Source of the DNA: Octopus sinensis
Taxonomy: Eukaryota
Direction: 5' to 3'
Length of the DNA stretch: 39,771 nt
NCBI RefSeq assembly: GCF_006345805.1
Contig: NW_021835449.1
Coordinates: 1 to 39,771 of the forward strand
Every line of letters begins with the position of its first letter. Position 1 is the stretch's first letter. A program made the position numbers and the translations under genes. The notes beneath the pieces were generated by a model, which searched no databases, was not told the origin of the DNA, and saw only the letters and a list, made by a program, of their open reading frames with translations. Shown here one piece after another: positions 35,470 through 39,771 of the stretch.

Positions 35470-35514
35470 GGCCAGAGTTCTTTCGTTACACTCCTGTGAC
35501 CGCATCAGTGGTCC
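35470..35514 (-). ncRNA. Decayed hammerhead-like motif
   Basis: Minus strand: ggacca CTGATGC ggtcacaggagtgtaac GAAA gaac TC tggcc. A9 is changed to C and the stems are imperfect. Confidence 0.3.
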
Positions 35515-35624
35515 TTTGCTTTCTTCTTTCTTATTTGTGTCTCTCCTTACTAACTATATATATATATATAATATATATATATAATATATATACATAATAA
35601 ATAAATATATATATATATATATTT

Positions 35625-36030
35625 AGGCGCAGGAGTGGCTGTGTGGTAAGTAGCTTGCTAACCAACCACATGGTTCCGGGTTCAGTCCCACTGCGTGGCA
35701 TCTTGGGCAAGTGTCTTCTGCTATAGCATCAGGCAGACCAAAGCCTTGTGAGTGGATTTGGTAGACGGAAACTGAAAGAAGCCTGTCGTATATATGTATA
35801 TATATATATGTATGTGTGTGTATATGTTTGTGTGTCTGTGTTTGTCCCTCTAGCATTGCTTGATAACCGATGCTGGTGTGTTTACGTCCCCGTCACCTAG
35901 CGGTTCGGCAAAAGAGAATAAGTACTGGGCTTACAAAGAATAAGTCCCGGGGTCGATTTGCTCGACTAAAGGCGGTGCTCCAGCATGGCCGCAGTCAAAT
36001 GACTGAAACAAGTAAAAGAGTAAAAGAGTA
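35625..36030 (+). mobile_element. SINE family B, full length
   Basis: aggcgcaggagtggctgtgtggtaag..ggttcagtccc..ttgggcaagtgtctt..taaaagagtaaaagagta. Confidence 0.9.
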
Positions 36031-36344
36031 TATATATATTTTCTATTCTAGCGATTTCAATACTTTGTGGATTTGATTTGGCAAACCAGCCTACGTCACA
36101 ACTACTGCAATCATGGCCCAGATAGCGTGGGAATAACAATGAGTCACCGAGTTCAAATATTAAGGTCAATATATCTGGTATATTAGTTAAGGTTAAAAAT
36201 TCTGCATACATTATTGGAAAAAAAATATTAAAGCATTTGCGGTATGGTGTAATTATTAACTGATTGGTTAGCACTCAAAACTATAGATTTCTATAAATTG
36301 TCCTCCAGCTACAGTTTATAAAACCTCAAGTGCAATCATATCGC

Positions 36345-36650
36345 AGATGATGACTCCATCACTGTATCGATCTGATTATCGGATATTGTTATACATCGCT
36401 GGTCACAATGCATTTCCTCGCATTGTTGTAGTTATCGAATGGTGTCACTCCGTTGACTAGGTGGAAAAGAAAATGGACATTCCCCACGAATGGAACACAA
36501 GTCCGTCGCAGGGTTAACCCTTTTATGAGTGAGTTGACTGGAGCCAAGTAAAATGAAGTGCTTGGCTCAAGAACATAACGCCAAGCTAGGAATCGAAACT
36601 AGAAGCTTGCGATCATGAGTGCAACACCCTAGCAACCAGACCATGCACTT
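36345..36650 (-). mobile_element. Diverged SINE sharing the family C 3' tail
   Basis: catcgctggtcacaatgc is shared with 1460-1480. aagtgcttggctcaagaacataac and ggaatcgaaac are CORE-like and B-box-like. Confidence 0.55.
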
Positions 36651-36861
36651 TCACTCACATCGTTGCAGATGATAATTGTCGCACAAGAACACAAAAGAGC
36701 GCACTTGTCGGGAAAACAGAAAACGTGTACGGAGAACCCCCTTCTTTTTCGTTGAGGGATTATATGCCTCAATATCAGACTATTTTCTTTAGTCAATATA
36801 TGGTGATCGCTTATAAGTTTTAAGCTTATAATAATATATTATTATTGTTATTATTATTATT

Positions 36862-37080
36862 ATTCTATGTTTGACTTTTGCTTTATGTTTGTACAAGTTG
36901 GCTCCAAGTCTCACGCAGAGACCTCAAGAGACAACAGGTTGGAATTTCACGTTTTTGTTATGCCTAGTGTGCCATATATTTGGGGGTTTTTTTGGTGTTG
37001 TACTAGTGAATGTCTAATAAATAAGTTTTTAAAAAAAATGTTTGTTTCAAACCTTGAGATTACATAGAAAGTATTTTGCG
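36862..37080 (-). mobile_element. 5'-truncated R4/Dong-like element inside an (AAT)n array
   Basis: Minus strand begins cgc aaa ata ctt tct atg taa (RKILSM*), followed by a 3' UTR ending aacatagaat(aat)n. AAT repeats lie on both sides. Only six codons are present, so the clade call is tentative. Confidence 0.55.
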
Positions 37081-37111
37081 TTCTATGTAATCTCAAGGTT
37101 TAAAACAAACA

Positions 37112-37179
<68 letters not shown>

Positions 37180-37184
37180 AGAAG

Positions 37185-37240
37185 TTAAGGCCGCGAGCTG
37201 GCAGAATTATTAGCATGCCGGACAAAATGTTTAGCGGTAT
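37185..37240 (+). mobile_element. SINE family A head fragment
   Basis: ttaaggccgcgagctggcagaattattagcatgccggacaaaatgtttagcggtatt. Confidence 0.75.
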
Positions 37241-38273
37241 TCATCCTCTTTCCTTTTATGACCGTAGGATCAAGGTTGTTCTTGATGATCAATCTTCATC
37301 TAGTTATTCTATTAATGCTGGGGCTCCTCATGGAGCTATCCTGGGCCCAACTCTCTTCTTTTTGTCAATGATCTGCCTGATCATATCATCTGTCAGCTAG
37401 TAATCTATGCTGATGATTCTAGTTTGTGTTCTTGTTTGGACAAATCTGACGACTGGACTGATATGGTTGAGATCGCTTCTAACCGTGAGAATGATCTTCG
37501 ATCTATTGTTGAGTGGGGTAGAAGATGGCTTGCAACGTTCAATCCCTCGAAAACTAGGCTTCTTTCAATTAATCGATTCAGACATCTTTTCCTGCCATCG
37601 GTTTCGATGGAAGGTTTTGGCTTACCTGGGAGTCGTTCTCTTCGTCTCGTACGAGTAACTTTCTGTAATGATTTTTGCTTGGAGGTCTTACATTGAATCT
37701 ATTACCAAATCGGCTGCAATGAAGGTAGGCTCTCTCCTTCGTTCGAGGAGTTATCTCACTCCTGAGACTATTATTTATCTTTATCTTTATAAGTTCATCA
37801 TTCTTCCCTACATTGAGTACTGTTGTCACATATGGGTAGGTGCTCCTGCGGATTGTTTAACTATGTTGGACCACATTCAACACCGTATTTGTAATGCTAA
37901 TCTATCTTCTAAATCGGATTCACTCTCTCATTGTCGTCTTGTGGCTTCCTTGTCTCTTTTCAATAAGTATTTTCATGGATATTCTTCAGCTGAGCTTTCT
38001 TCTCTGCTTCCTCCTTTAAGGATTTATCAGTGATCAACTAGACTTGCGTCCAGTTCTCATCAGTATACTGTGCAAACTCCTAAGTGTCGTAAAGAATTTT
38101 ACAGTACCAGTTTCTTCCCTCGCACCTCTGAACTTTGGAATTCCCTTCCACAATATTGTTTCTCCTCTTCAATATGACCTCCAGGTTTTAATGTATAATG
38201 TACATCGTCAACTATGTCTTCTGTCCAGCGTCCATTTCATTCTACCAACTCTTACGGTTTCAGTGGTCTAAGG

Positions 38274-38278
<5 letters not shown>
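37240..38278 (+). mobile_element. 5'-truncated CR1/L2-group LINE (RT C-terminal half), decayed
   Basis: RRIKVVLD..INAGAPHGAILGPTLF (GVPQGSVLGP motif), YADDS at 37406-37420, WLATFNPSKT, LYKFIILPYIEYCCHIW, LDHIQHR. Ends cagtggtctaaggacct then (TA)n. Confidence 0.88.
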
Positions 38279-38345
<67 letters not shown>

Positions 38346-38721
38346 TATAATAAATACACATATATAAATACTTGCATCACACATATGCATACAATCACCT
38401 GCATACACACTCGAACTTACACGCATGCACAGTAATATTCGCATACACACACACATGCAACATACACACATGTACATATACATATCCAAATATATGAATA
38501 CGAGCAAAACGCGATCTGTCCAATGGACGGTGCTGAGTTGTCGAACATTTAAACCAAATTTTCTCAAAACAACTTGTCCGACCGTCCCATAGACCTCCCC
38601 TTTGAAAAACACTGATTTAACCTAAATTTGAGACACCAGCAAAAGAAGAAATAAAGATAGACTTTTTTCTATTCCAAAGAAAAACGATTTTATTCACACA
38701 AATATGCAACCAAAGAGTTTA

Positions 38722-39012
38722 AAGTACCAGTAATGATAAGGCTGTTGACTGGGAGAACACAAAAATGGTTTAAACAGTAAGCTTGGCAGGAAAGAAACGT
38801 GCACGTTCCCACGGCTTTATCGATCGCACTCTCACCTGGAATCGATTTTTGTAATTTTTTCAAGACTTATAAACGCCCTAATACTGTCGGTATCTACATA
38901 TCAAATTTGAACGCAATCGGATGGAGGATGCCCGAGATCCTAGAAGACACACACACAGACAGACAGAACAGATTTTATATAATAGATATTCACATACATA
39001 CAAAGCCTAACA
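38722..39012 (+). repeat. Copy 2 of the ~290-bp direct repeat
   Basis: Nearly identical to 34451-34736. Confidence 0.85.
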
Positions 39013-39304
39013 GCTAACCTCTATTAATACCCAACAATATACACCAATTAAACGGATTACAAAGAAAACGTCGGTGAATGGCTTCAATATGGTTCTCGAT
39101 TGTTCTATAAATTAATGTGACTTCAATAGCCTTCAATACACTGCACACATGTGTATGCACTCAGATGCACACATGCTGTATACCTATTCATAGGAAAGCT
39201 GCGCGTGTGTGTAATTTAGCTGGAGAGATGGAGAGAATTGCGTAATGTTTCGTTTTATGTATCATATTGATTTAGTCAAAACATTTTCTGAAAACAAAAA
39301 TGAC

Positions 39305-39720
39305 AGGCGCAGGAGTGGCTGTGTGGTAAGTAGCTTGCTTACCAACCACATAGTTCCGGGTTCATTCCCACTGCATGGCACCTTGGGCAAGTGTCTTCTA
39401 CTATAGCCTCGGGCCGACCAAAGCCTCGTGAGTGGATTTGGTTGACGGAATCTGGAAGAAGCCCGTCGTATATATGTATATATATATATATATATGTATG
39501 TATATGTTTGTGTGTCCGTGTTTGTCCCCCCACCATTGCTTGACAACCGATGAAGGTGTGTTTACGTCCCGTTACTTAGCGGTTCAGCAAAAGAGACCGA
39601 TAGAATAAGTACTGGGCTTACAAAGAATAAGTCCCGGGGTCGAATTGCTCGACTAAAGGCGGTGCTCCAGCATGGCCGCAGTCAAATGACTGAAACAAGT
39701 AAAAGAGTAAAAGAGTAAAA
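39305..39720 (+). mobile_element. SINE family B, full length
   Basis: Same layout as 35625-36030. Confidence 0.9.
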
Positions 39721-39771
39721 GAGACATAACATACACACACACATACATATGTATATTACACAATGTACACA

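Overview
AT-rich animal genomic DNA made almost entirely of microsatellites and transposon remnants, with no host protein-coding gene I can support. It is most likely from a coleoid cephalopod such as Octopus; this is inferred from the SINE types and a mollusc-type nad1 fragment. The largest feature is an apparently full-length but decayed ~5.9-kb Tx1/L1-group LINE (13922-19795; CCHC ORF1, APE-RT-zinc-finger ORF2) sitting inside a (TATC)n array. Two further 3'-end copies of that family end at the same TTATCT junction inside (TATC)n arrays. A sister Tx1-like fragment ends in (ATT)n, and two R4/Dong-like 3' ends lie in (AAT)n and (ACAT)n arrays, suggesting several LINE lineages each use a different microsatellite as target. 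Also present: tRNA-derived SINEs, one forming 184-bp tandem arrays joined at GGTATTT; two mariner remnants; Helentron-type non-autonomous elements; a Penelope GIY-YIG remnant; three decayed hammerhead-like motifs; a foldback element with 16-bp repeats; RTE and CR1/L2-type fragments; and a short nad1 NUMT. All family assignments come from motif recognition by eye, not database searches, and most boundaries are approximate.
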